From: a virus
DNA: 64,000 nucleotides
Virus record (IMG/VR): IMGVR_UViG_3300025120_006500
Span: 2,685 to 66,684 of that record
Strand: one strand, 5' to 3'
The translations under genes were made by a program, and so were the position numbers. The notes beneath the pieces are model-generated. The model searched no databases, was not told the DNA's origin, and worked only from the letters and a program-made list of their open reading frames with translations. Below are positions 18,660 through 27,579 of the stretch, in pieces. Position 1 is the first letter of the stretch; each line of letters opens with the position of its first letter.

Positions 18660-19672
18660 TTAGGATGTAGCTGGAATACTTTTTTAGTTTTTAGTAGATG
18701 TTCGATACCTCCAGATACTTCTATTTGGGGGTCTTTTTTAATTTCTTGCAATAGACTATCAAGATACTCAGTATCTTGTGTACTCATTTCTACACTGTTA
18801 TCTTGCCACCACTCATATGTCATATGTGGCAATTTAAGCATTAGCTGTAAACAAATTTTATCTACTCCAAGGTCTTTACATAACTTAATATACTGTTCTA
18901 TATCATGACAGTTCTTTTGTTGTACAACAAACTGTGTCCATACCTCAATTCCTTGCTGTTTTAATAATCGTATACCGTCTGTAACTATTGATAACTTTCC
19001 TCCACGTACCTCTTGATATACATCTGCACTTCCAGCATCTAAACTAACTTCAACCATTTCAAGTTGATCTTTTAACTTTATAACAAGATCCATATGTTTA
19101 GTCAATTGATTGCCATTGGTCTGCAGATTAAACATAAAGCATTTAGGTAAATTGTCATCATAAAAGAATTCAAGATAACTTGCTGATGTAAATATGTCAC
19201 CACTTCCATCACAATGCACATTTACCCTATGCTCAAATTCTTTGTATTCTTGTGATAGTTTACGTAGTATTGCTGAAGCTTCTTTATTTTTCTTAGGGCT
19301 ATAAATTATGTCTTTACGACATATTTTGCATTTTAGATTACAATTATGATCTATCTGTAACTGTATGGTAGTTGGTAAAGTTGGACCAATTGGTACGTGA
19401 TCAAAGTTGTCAACTTCTTCCATTCGGTGAAAGTCTACACAAACATCTTCTCTACAATGCTTAAAAGATTGATCGATAATTGTAGACCTAAACTCTTTTT
19501 GCCAATCATTGTTAAACACTTCCGATAGACTTTTATTACCAAGTCGTGTATTCTCACCCTTACTTTGCCAAGCATCACAGAAACAGCTAGATACTACACC
19601 TGCCTGACTGTCAGGAAATAATCCACTGCGGGTAATATGTATGGTATTCCAAGGGGCTGAACAGTATTTCAT
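18656..19672 (-). CDS. Radical SAM protein with an N-terminal twitch/SPASM-like Cys domain
   Basis: CSAPW..CFC..C....C at the N-terminus; CNLKCKIC; TNG; SLDAG. Confidence 0.85.
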   Translation of the reverse strand: MKYCSAPWNTIHITRSGLFPDSQAGVVSSCFCDAWQSKGENTRLGNKSLSEVFNNDWQKEFRSTIIDQSFKHCREDVCVDFHRMEEVDNFDHVPIGPTLPTTIQLQIDHNCNLKCKICRKDIIYSPKKNKEASAILRKLSQEYKEFEHRVNVHCDGSGDIFTSASYLEFFYDDNLPKCFMFNLQTNGNQLTKHMDLVIKLKDQLEMVEVSLDAGSADVYQEVRGGKLSIVTDGIRLLKQQGIEVWTQFVVQQKNCHDIEQYIKLCKDLGVDKICLQLMLKLPHMTYEWWQDNSVEMSTQDTEYLDSLLQEIKKDPQIEVSGGIEHLLKTKKVFQLHPN

Positions 19673-19677
19673 ATAAG

Positions 19678-19684
19678 TATTTAT
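19678..19684 (-). promoter_or_regulatory. T4-late-like promoter element ATAAATA
   Basis: The - strand reads CATAAATA-CTTAT-ATG. Confidence 0.55.
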
Positions 19685-19710
19685 GAATCCATACTATGGC
19701 CATTTTGGTA

Positions 19711-19739
19711 TTGACTTACTGCCAAAAAGACTGTATAAT
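19711..19739 (+). promoter_or_regulatory. sigma70-type promoter
   Basis: TTGACT-N17-TATAAT. Confidence 0.8.
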
Positions 19740-19773
19740 ATACATATTAAAGCAAAAAAGGTGACTAGACAAA

Positions 19774-21066
19774 ATGGCAACTTCAACAGCAAACGATAAA
19801 GAATACAAAAGTTTAGTAGGATGTGTAACAGATCCAAAAACTGATGCAGAAGTACGTGAAAAAATTATCAGTGCTCGTATTGCACTATTACTAAAAGCAC
19901 CTTTCTTTGGTAACCTAGCTACACGTCTAGAAGTAATTAATGCTGATAAATGGTGTGGTACAGCCGCAACTGACGGACGTAAGCTGTATTACAATTCTGA
20001 ATTTCTTAAAACTATGCCTGCTAAACAATTAGAATTTTTAATTGGACACGAAGTACTACATTGTGTTTATGATCATATGGGGCGTTGTGGAGACCGTGAT
20101 AGACGCTTATGGAACATAGCAGACGACTATTGTGTAAATCAAGATCTTGTAGATCAAAACATAGGTGAAAAGATTCCAGTAGGATTATATGATACAAAAT
20201 ATAAAGGTATGAGTGCAGAAGAAGTATATGATGATCTTTATGAACAAGCAGACAAGATCGATGTTGACAATCTATTAGATCAATTGATCGATGAACATCT
20301 AGATGGAGAAGAAAATGGCGAAGGCGCTGAAGAAGGTAAAGACGGGAATGGAGATGGCAAAGGTAAAAGCGGTGCTAAGCCGAAAATATCAGCGGCTGAG
20401 AGAAAAGAGATCAGAGACGAAATGAAAGAAGCTATGTTATCCGCGGCACAAAGTTCAGGTGTAGGTAACTTACCAAAAGGTGTACAAAGATTAATTGGCG
20501 AATTTACTGCACCACAACTTAACTGGAACGAACTAATACAACAAGAAATAAAAAGTGTTCTTAAATCAGACTATACGTTTGCTCGTGCAAGTCGTAAAGG
20601 ATGGCATATGGATGCTATTCTTCCAGGCAGTAACTTTGATGATGATATTGATATTGCTATATGTACTGATGCATCAGGGTCAATGACCGACGAAATGAAT
20701 CAACAAATTTATAGTGAAATAAAAGGTATAATGGAGAGCTTTGGTAACTTTAGATTACACCTTTGGACATTTGATACCGAGTGCTATAATGCACAAGTGT
20801 TTACTCCAGAAAACATCGACGAAATAATGGACTATAAAGTTGCTGGTGGCGGTGGTACTGACTTTATGTGCAACTGGGAGTTCATGAAGGCAAATGATAT
20901 ATTACCTAAAAAACTTATAATGTTCACAGATGGATATGCTTGGGATAGTTGGGGTGATCCTAACTACTGCGATACACTATTTGTTATACACGGGTCAAAA
21001 GATATTGAGGCTCCATTTGGTATGACAACGTACTATGAATTTGAAAAAGATAAAGTTCGTGCTTAG
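19774..21066 (+). CDS. Metallopeptidase-like + vWA domain protein (DUF2201-like), probable MoxR partner
   Basis: TAATDG, HEVLH (HExxH), MIDAS DASGS, GGGGTDF and FTDG. Confidence 0.88.
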   Translation: MATSTANDKEYKSLVGCVTDPKTDAEVREKIISARIALLLKAPFFGNLATRLEVINADKWCGTAATDGRKLYYNSEFLKTMPAKQLEFLIGHEVLHCVYDHMGRCGDRDRRLWNIADDYCVNQDLVDQNIGEKIPVGLYDTKYKGMSAEEVYDDLYEQADKIDVDNLLDQLIDEHLDGEENGEGAEEGKDGNGDGKGKSGAKPKISAAERKEIRDEMKEAMLSAAQSSGVGNLPKGVQRLIGEFTAPQLNWNELIQQEIKSVLKSDYTFARASRKGWHMDAILPGSNFDDDIDIAICTDASGSMTDEMNQQIYSEIKGIMESFGNFRLHLWTFDTECYNAQVFTPENIDEIMDYKVAGGGGTDFMCNWEFMKANDILPKKLIMFTDGYAWDSWGDPNYCDTLFVIHGSKDIEAPFGMTTYYEFEKDKVRA

Positions 21067-21352
21067 TCGAGGCGAACCAAATCCACTTAACGTAACTGAC
21101 CTAAGAAGAATTGATCATTGCCCACCTCACTTTACCAAAGTGACATTTGAACCTTTTGCCAAAGAAAAAGTGTTTAGTGATTGGCTTTGGGAAAATCTAG
21201 AAGGTAGGTTTTATATCGGCGATCACGTTGTAGACCGCAAAGATACTGGCAAACCTATCGATCGACATCTACTAGTAGGATTCGAATTACCAACAGAAGC
21301 TAGCTATTTTAGCTTGTTAATGCCAACTCTAAATCACCCAGATTTTACCTAA
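21035..21352 (+). CDS. Hypothetical phage protein
   Basis: 105-aa ORF overlapping the vWA stop. Confidence 0.65.
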   Translation: MNLKKIKFVLSRGEPNPLNVTDLRRIDHCPPHFTKVTFEPFAKEKVFSDWLWENLEGRFYIGDHVVDRKDTGKPIDRHLLVGFELPTEASYFSLLMPTLNHPDFT

Positions 21353-21445
21353 TAACGCTCTAAGAAATTTTACCATCCTTGTCTCTCCGGTTAAATATTA
21401 ATGTTATGATGAAGAATGAACGCAAACAAACGACCGGAGAACTTA

Positions 21446-21772
21446 ATGGCAACTCGACTACCTAAGACAAAAGCTAAGGCTAAAGCTAAAGCAACAGTTA
21501 AAGCAACAGCAACACCTGCGTCAGCTGACGCAATGAGAAACGAATCTAGTACTCCACCTGAAGGATTATCTGACACTTCAATACAACTACAAGATTTAGT
21601 ATTGGTTACACAAATTATACAGATATGTTCATCACGTGGAGCATTTAATGCAGACGAACTAAAACAGGTTGGTGATCTTTATACTAAACTTGTTACGTTC
21701 TTACAAGCAACTGGTGCAATAATGGATGCAAAAACTCCACCAGCACCAGAAGTATCATCAACGGAGAAATAA
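21446..21772 (+). CDS. Hypothetical protein with a Lys/Ala-rich N-terminus
   Basis: Start moved to MATRLPK after GGAGA; SRGAF.A.EL..VG.LY.KL motif. Confidence 0.7.
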   Translation: MATRLPKTKAKAKAKATVKATATPASADAMRNESSTPPEGLSDTSIQLQDLVLVTQIIQICSSRGAFNADELKQVGDLYTKLVTFLQATGAIMDAKTPPAPEVSSTEK

Positions 21773-21773
21773 A

Positions 21774-22583
21774 ATGGCAATAATGAAACACGTCGGAAGA
21801 CACGGCGACAAAAAAGTAGTAGTAGCTTACAATACAGTACCAGATGAAGATCATATGTGTCTAGTAATTTACAATGAATCTTTACCAAGAAACGTAGCGA
21901 CTGACCTTGATAACTGTGTAAAATCAGCTGTTGGACAAGAGTCTGTATCTTTAGCTGATGCACTATATAGATTCACAACAGGTGACGGTGTTAATTTGCT
22001 AGGAGTATTACATAAAGGTAATTGGATTAAGAAAGTACAAACTAAACAGGTAATACTTACTCCAAATGCCGCAACAAATGTTCGTCTAGACGAGTTAAAT
22101 TCTATTATGGCTAAAATGGCAACAGGCCAAGACGCTATTGATGAATTAGCCGCTATCGATGAAGGGTTAGGCTATGCTAGTACTAATAAAGAAAAAGCAA
22201 TGGACAAGAAAAAGCAAAAGCTGAAAAAAGATCAACTAGATCAAGAAACTCAATGGGGCCGTGATGTTGGAATGGGACCTAATGATGCTGAAATGTCTAG
22301 AGGGCAAGGAGAAGCTAAAACAAGTTCGGGCGATATGACAGGATTTGCTAAAGCAATGTCTGAAGGAACAACACCTAACTTGCGTGAAGCATTAACTGAT
22401 GCAGATCTTGCGGCAAGTAGTTTGTCACAGGCTAAAGGATTAGAAGCACAGGCTAAGAGTTTACTAGCTGAAGCAACACGTTTAAAAGCTGAAGCAAAAT
22501 CATTTGCTCCTGCGAAAGCAAAAGCAACTAAAACTAAAGCAAAGGCAAAAAATGGCAGAACAACCAAAAAAGCTACCGCGTAA
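21774..22583 (+). CDS. Hypothetical protein with a coiled-coil, basic tail
   Basis: Start moved to MAIMKHVG after GGAG. Confidence 0.75.
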   Translation: MAIMKHVGRHGDKKVVVAYNTVPDEDHMCLVIYNESLPRNVATDLDNCVKSAVGQESVSLADALYRFTTGDGVNLLGVLHKGNWIKKVQTKQVILTPNAATNVRLDELNSIMAKMATGQDAIDELAAIDEGLGYASTNKEKAMDKKKQKLKKDQLDQETQWGRDVGMGPNDAEMSRGQGEAKTSSGDMTGFAKAMSEGTTPNLREALTDADLAASSLSQAKGLEAQAKSLLAEATRLKAEAKSFAPAKAKATKTKAKAKNGRTTKKATA

Positions 22584-22896
22584 GAAAAAAGCGACGAAGC
22601 TCAATACCAACAAGAAAAAGAGTTGGCAGGACATAGTTAATCAGGTTGATAAAAAAGAAGTTCCGATTGATGTACTACAATCAATATCAGTATCATTGAT
22701 CGATGGAACTAATATTACTATCAACGTTAAAGATTTAATAGCTAAAGGTCAAAATCCTCAAGATATCGAGGATATGTTAGATGAAAAATTTAATGAGTTA
22801 GATGACTATATTAAAGGAGTTGATTTCTTTGTTGATGTCAAGAAAGTTGAAACAGCAGTACAACCAGCAACAGACAAGGCATTGAAAGGTCTGTGA
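22552..22896 (+). CDS. Hypothetical protein
   Basis: Probable start MAEQPK; overlaps both neighbours. Confidence 0.7.
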   Translation: MAEQPKKLPRKKKATKLNTNKKKSWQDIVNQVDKKEVPIDVLQSISVSLIDGTNITINVKDLIAKGQNPQDIEDMLDEKFNELDDYIKGVDFFVDVKKVETAVQPATDKALKGL

Positions 22897-23381
22897 TCTG
22901 TAGCATATTAGCCTCAAGTAGTCTAGGAGGCATAGGTAATAAAGGAACGTTACCATGGGATAAACATTACGGCGATTTAGCTTGGTTTCGTGAATGGACC
23001 ATGAATCAAATTGTTGTAATGGGACGTAAAACCTGGGACGATCCTTTAATGCCAAAACCACTACCCGACAGAGTTAATTTCGTAGTTACTAGTAAAAGTC
23101 TTAATACAATAGATGCACGAGTACTGTCAGGTGATCCACAAGAAAAAATAAAGCAGGTCTCTGAACAATTTCCAGATAAAAATGTATTCATTATTGGTGG
23201 TAAACAATTATATGAAGCTACTGAATCTATTGTTGACCGCATATACCTAACTAGAATGAAAGGTCAGTATTTTGCAGATACTCGGATTGATCTAGAACAG
23301 TATCTATCCAACTTCCGTATCATGACTGCTAGACCAGGACGAGGTTGCACACACGAAATATGGATTCGAACAAGCTCGTAA
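22893..23381 (+). CDS. folA: Dihydrofolate reductase
   Basis: GIGNKGTLPW, VMGRKTW, PLPDR and IIGG. Confidence 0.95.
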   Translation: MICSILASSSLGGIGNKGTLPWDKHYGDLAWFREWTMNQIVVMGRKTWDDPLMPKPLPDRVNFVVTSKSLNTIDARVLSGDPQEKIKQVSEQFPDKNVFIIGGKQLYEATESIVDRIYLTRMKGQYFADTRIDLEQYLSNFRIMTARPGRGCTHEIWIRTSS

Positions 23382-23390
23382 CAATACTAG

Positions 23391-23419
23391 TTGACTCATA
23401 GTAATCAAATTGCTATAAT
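23391..23419 (+). promoter_or_regulatory. sigma70-type promoter, leaderless
   Basis: TTGACT-N17-TATAAT with TG extension; ATG at 23426 six nt later. Confidence 0.8.
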
Positions 23420-23425
23420 ATAACA

Positions 23426-24412
23426 ATGAAAACATATTTAGATTCCTTACAGTATATTTTAGACAACGGTGAACAACGCACAGATAGAACTGGTGTTGGT
23501 ACACTTAGTATATTCGGTATGCAACAACGATATAATCTACGAGATTCATTTCCAGCTGTTACTACTAAGAAACTAGCATTTAAAAGTTGTTTAAGTGAAC
23601 TACTTTGGTTTATAGAAGGGTCAAGTGATGAACGTAGACTAGCAGAAATCCTACACGGTACTCGAGATATAGAAAAGAAAACTATATGGACAGCTAATGC
23701 ACTAAGTCCTGACTGGCAAGAACGTAAAAGCGTATTTCCTAAGACTGTAGGGTTAGATGTAGTAGTCAAAGGAGAAGGACCAGATCAAAACAATGAACTA
23801 TCTGCTCCGGATTATGACCTAGGACGTGTGTATGGCGTACAATGGAGATCGTGGCGTAAAAGTATACAGTTTGCTTCGTATAGTCAATATGAAAATACTG
23901 CAGATGGTTTTATAAAAAATCCAAATCCAGACTATCACGTAGATCAACTTCTAGAATTAATAAAAGGAATCAAACAAGATCCAACAGGGCGTAGGCACAT
24001 ACTATCTGCTTGGAATCCTGGAGAACTAGACCAAATGGCTTTACCCCCCTGTCACTGCTTTGCACAGTTTTATGTGTCGAGTAGTGGCGAGTTGTCGTGT
24101 CAGATGTATCAGCGATCCTGTGATATGTTTTTGGGCGTGCCCTTTAATATATCATCCTATGCCTTGCTCACACATATGATTGCTCAAGTGTGTGAACTAA
24201 AAGTAGGTGACTTAGTTCACGTGTTAGGAGACGCACATATATATCTGAACCATTTAGAGCAGGTAAAAGAACAATTGCTACGTGAACCATTACCTGCTCC
24301 GCAACTCTATATCAACCCTGACGTTAAAGATATTGAAAAATTTACAATGGACGATTTTAAATTAGAAAACTATAATTCATTAGGTACTCTTACAGCACCT
24401 ATGGCAGTATAA
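23426..24412 (+). CDS. thyA: Thymidylate synthase
   Basis: DRTGVGT, ELLWF, LPPCH, YQRSCD.FLGVPFN and HIY.NH. Confidence 0.97.
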   Translation: MKTYLDSLQYILDNGEQRTDRTGVGTLSIFGMQQRYNLRDSFPAVTTKKLAFKSCLSELLWFIEGSSDERRLAEILHGTRDIEKKTIWTANALSPDWQERKSVFPKTVGLDVVVKGEGPDQNNELSAPDYDLGRVYGVQWRSWRKSIQFASYSQYENTADGFIKNPNPDYHVDQLLELIKGIKQDPTGRRHILSAWNPGELDQMALPPCHCFAQFYVSSSGELSCQMYQRSCDMFLGVPFNISSYALLTHMIAQVCELKVGDLVHVLGDAHIYLNHLEQVKEQLLREPLPAPQLYINPDVKDIEKFTMDDFKLENYNSLGTLTAPMAV

Positions 24413-24414
24413 TT

Positions 24415-24714
24415 ATGGAGATCTCAAAAAAACATAGAGTTAGATTCCTTGTTGAACTTCTTGATCCTAAAGAATGTAACAGACTAACTAGTAGTGAAAT
24501 ATTTTGGAAAATAGCTGATAAGTTTAAAGAGACTGAAGAAGCTCGTTGGGTAGATGACAACAACATTACCCTTAAAATGCTACAAGAAGAAACTGATCAA
24601 ATTTGGGTAAAACATCCAATCTCTAACGTAGCTGTTATATACGGGGATCTAACTGCACAGGAATATATGGCATATAGTTTAAAATTCTTCAAACATAAAC
24701 AAGAATGGAAATAA
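24415..24714 (+). CDS. Hypothetical protein
   Basis: 99-aa ORF in series. Confidence 0.65.
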   Translation: MEISKKHRVRFLVELLDPKECNRLTSSEIFWKIADKFKETEEARWVDDNNITLKMLQEETDQIWVKHPISNVAVIYGDLTAQEYMAYSLKFFKHKQEWK

Positions 24715-24724
24715 GGAGAACACA

Positions 24725-24886
24725 ATGAGTAACCTATGGTTAAAACAAGCATTGGACAAAAAGAAAAAGCTAGGACAGGAAAAAACAGGTGGAAAGAATA
24801 GTAATAGTAGTAAAGGAAACTCTAAAGGTAAAAATCAAGTAACTAGTAATAGGCCTAGTAAAAAAGCGGCAGGAAGAGGGAGATAG
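24725..24886 (+). CDS. 53-aa very basic low-complexity protein (not in ORF track)
   Basis: TAAGGAG SD; MSNLWLKQALDKKKK...PSKKAAGRGR; stop abuts the next ATG. Confidence 0.7.
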   Translation: MSNLWLKQALDKKKKLGQEKTGGKNSNSSKGNSKGKNQVTSNRPSKKAAGRGR

Positions 24887-25852
24887 ATGAAAGTATTAGT
24901 TACAGGTGGTGCTGGATTCATTGGTCATAATGTTGTTAGACAACTAGAACAACTAGATCATGAATGTTTAATTTTAGATACCCATACAGACTATGGCTTT
25001 GTTCCTAGTGAAGAAAATAAGTATCTCATTGACCATCGATTACGTCGTGTAAAAGCAACCTGTAAATTAATTGATATTAGGCACCCTGCTTATATAGAAA
25101 CTATTATTGAATCATTCCGTCCAGACATATTGATACATATGGCTAGTTTTCCTAGACAAAAAATAGTAGGCAGAACTCCAATATTGGCCAGTGATGTAAT
25201 GAGTAATGGCTTATTGAATCTATTAGAAGCAAGTAAAGATAGAATTGAAAAATTTGTGTACATATCAAGTTCGATGGTATACGGTGACTTTGAAAATGAT
25301 GTTACAGAAGATAGCGACTGTAATCCAATTGGACAATATGGTATACAAAAGCTAGCAGGAGAAAAGTTAGTAAAAGATTATACACGCCAAGAATATTTCG
25401 ATAATATTATTATTAGGCCAAGTGCTGTTTACGGAGAGTGGGACGTCAATGATCGTGTAGTAAGTAAGTTTATGACCATGGCTATGCGTAACGAAATTCT
25501 TAAGGTCCATGGGCAGGATGAAATTTTAGACTTTACATATGTAGAAGATACTGCTAATGGTATTGTGTTGGCCGCAACTAAAGATGTTAAAAATACTACA
25601 TACAATATAACAAGATCAAATGATCGTACATATACTTTACACGATGCCGCAAAACTTGCTAATAAAATTGCAAATCCTTTAGGTAAAATTGATCTAGGAC
25701 CTAGAGATTTAGATTTTCCTAAACGTGGTAGATTAGATATAACAAAAGCAATCAGAGAACTAGGATATAATCCTAAAGTTAATGTTGAAGAAGGGTTTAA
25801 AAAATACCATGAATGGTATCTAGATAATCCTAAGTTATGGCGTGACTTTTAA
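24887..25852 (+). CDS. NAD-dependent nucleotide-sugar epimerase/dehydratase
   Basis: TGGAGFIG, ISSSMVYG, YGIQK (YxxxK) and DFTYVED. Confidence 0.93.
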   Translation: MKVLVTGGAGFIGHNVVRQLEQLDHECLILDTHTDYGFVPSEENKYLIDHRLRRVKATCKLIDIRHPAYIETIIESFRPDILIHMASFPRQKIVGRTPILASDVMSNGLLNLLEASKDRIEKFVYISSSMVYGDFENDVTEDSDCNPIGQYGIQKLAGEKLVKDYTRQEYFDNIIIRPSAVYGEWDVNDRVVSKFMTMAMRNEILKVHGQDEILDFTYVEDTANGIVLAATKDVKNTTYNITRSNDRTYTLHDAAKLANKIANPLGKIDLGPRDLDFPKRGRLDITKAIRELGYNPKVNVEEGFKKYHEWYLDNPKLWRDF

Positions 25853-27157
25853 TTTAGTCACGAAATTAAAGTGTTTCTCTAACCAATCCCAATCAAACGA
25901 TTTCATTAAAGCATCATGGACGGGATATCTTTCTCCGTTCTGAACGCATTCATTGTAGTAACGGATACCATCCTCTGCACCTTTAATACTATATTCTGCA
26001 TTTAGTCCTTGTGCTCTTGTTAACCAGGTTTGTAATCTATGTATGCTTTCTATATTCTCTGTGTCAATTTTTAATTTAATTACTTCACGGAATGCTGTAC
26101 GCCAGGTCATTAATTGATCACTGTTATAATGTGCTGTTCCGCTTACTAGAGGTACTACAGTGTGCAACTGGCTCATGGTAAAGTCTAACCCATACTGATC
26201 AGTATCAAGTACTAGCTGTTTGTTATATGCAACTACTGCCATATGTCCATATACTAGATCATTTATTGGGTTTCGTGCGTGAAATATATAATGCTTTGGT
26301 TGTTGTAGGTAGTCTGGTTGCCACTCCCAATCAAAATCTTTATTAACTTCTAGTTTTCCCCATACTGCAAAAAACCATGGTGTTGTACTTAACTTGGCCG
26401 CCTGTTTGATAGCAAGTTCTCTACCTGTGACATTCTTAACACGTTTAACATTATGATCTGTAGTTGTTAATAGATGATCAAACCACTTCTCACTATCTAT
26501 TTCTCCGTTACTGATATAGATTATATCCAGCATTTGAGACGTCATAATCGCTGGTTTTTGCTTAATTACATAGGGGTAATCATAGATTTGAGACTCTAAA
26601 TGTGACTGTATTTCACGTGGGGCTACTGCGATACTACCGCTTTTATTAAAAGTGTAATATGCACGTTTATTCCATAATGGAGGATCAAAGTCTACAGTTT
26701 GGTTAATCGATAGATAGGGAGCATTAAAGTGTGCATCCTTAAGATGTTCTGTTATGTTTTCTGTTGTACATTCTACTACAGGCCATGGCAGTCTAGGTAC
26801 TCCGTCTTCGTGCCAATTAATGTCTTTATACCATTCTAACAGTTCTATATCTTGTTGCTTTAAAAACTGATCTTTTGGTACTAAAAAAGTATCACCAAAT
26901 TCTTGTTTTCCACTTGCCCAGCAGTGTATTTGATAGTTTTCCCATGGTACTGACTTGTAGTTAAAATTAAAATCATCATAGGAGCAACAACTTGAAATTA
27001 CCCAAGCATATGGGGTTCTACAACGTGAAATACAGCGTTTTAACGTGTCTAAGTGATTATCGTAGTATCTTACCACCTTTGCGTGTGGAAAACGCTCTAC
27101 GAGACCCTGTACATTGTCATTGTGTCCGCCCAGATCCATGATAAAAATGTCGTACAT
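25835..27157 (-). CDS. Two-domain glycosyltransferase-like protein (GT-A-like, degenerate DxD)
   Basis: Internal duplication; the C-terminal domain shares ARN.IN.L.YG and WR..FRE..K with ORF 40772-41665. Confidence 0.6.
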   Translation of the reverse strand: MYDIFIMDLGGHNDNVQGLVERFPHAKVVRYYDNHLDTLKRCISRCRTPYAWVISSCCSYDDFNFNYKSVPWENYQIHCWASGKQEFGDTFLVPKDQFLKQQDIELLEWYKDINWHEDGVPRLPWPVVECTTENITEHLKDAHFNAPYLSINQTVDFDPPLWNKRAYYTFNKSGSIAVAPREIQSHLESQIYDYPYVIKQKPAIMTSQMLDIIYISNGEIDSEKWFDHLLTTTDHNVKRVKNVTGRELAIKQAAKLSTTPWFFAVWGKLEVNKDFDWEWQPDYLQQPKHYIFHARNPINDLVYGHMAVVAYNKQLVLDTDQYGLDFTMSQLHTVVPLVSGTAHYNSDQLMTWRTAFREVIKLKIDTENIESIHRLQTWLTRAQGLNAEYSIKGAEDGIRYYNECVQNGERYPVHDALMKSFDWDWLEKHFNFVTKLKVTP

Positions 27158-27579
27158 TACTTCTGTTTTTCCATATAATTACTTACTACCTTTAACAATT
27201 CATTATGCGTATTGTCAAACCATTCTCGAACGTGATAGTTGTAATTTTTAGGATTTTCAAATATTAAATTAGTATCATTGAATCGTCCTTCTTTAATCGT
27301 ATCCATCCATATGGTATAATCAGCGTTGAATATATCTCTTGTTTCGTTAGTAGGACATACAAAGTCTGCTACAGCAATCTTTCCAGCTAGTTGTACTCCG
27401 TCTGCTAAATGTCGCATACGGTATGCCTGCTTGACACGACCGTCTACCGTAAAGTCTTGATCATCGTATCTAGTTCTAACCTTATCAGCATTAATCCAAA
27501 TTCCATTAATTAACTCAGCGAATGGTTCTGCTAGTGTTGTTTTACCACTTCCGGGCAGTCCGCATATTAATATCCGCAT
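27157..27579 (-). CDS. Adenylylsulfate kinase-like P-loop kinase (short)
   Basis: GLPGSGKTT, NAD.VR, DF...GR, FVCP and FE.P, as in CysC. Confidence 0.75.
   Translation of the reverse strand: MRILICGLPGSGKTTLAEPFAELINGIWINADKVRTRYDDQDFTVDGRVKQAYRMRHLADGVQLAGKIAVADFVCPTNETRDIFNADYTIWMDTIKEGRFNDTNLIFENPKNYNYHVREWFDNTHNELLKVVSNYMEKQK

Noticed and set aside
23690-23940. Possible intein or intron in thyA
   Set aside because: The two inserts are short, in frame and in variable loops; no splicing motifs or homing endonuclease.
23426-24412. thyA as a dCMP/dUMP hydroxymethylase feeding the glycosyltransferase
   Set aside because: It keeps the dUMP-specifying Asn (GVPFN) and canonical ThyA motifs and sits next to folA.
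1-25852. Cellular (bacterial chromosome) origin suggested by metK, folE, thyA and folA
   Set aside because: These genes are mixed with many short unknown ORFs and a T4-type RNase H, and are linked to tail genes and T4-late-like elements; no ribosomal or other core cellular operons.
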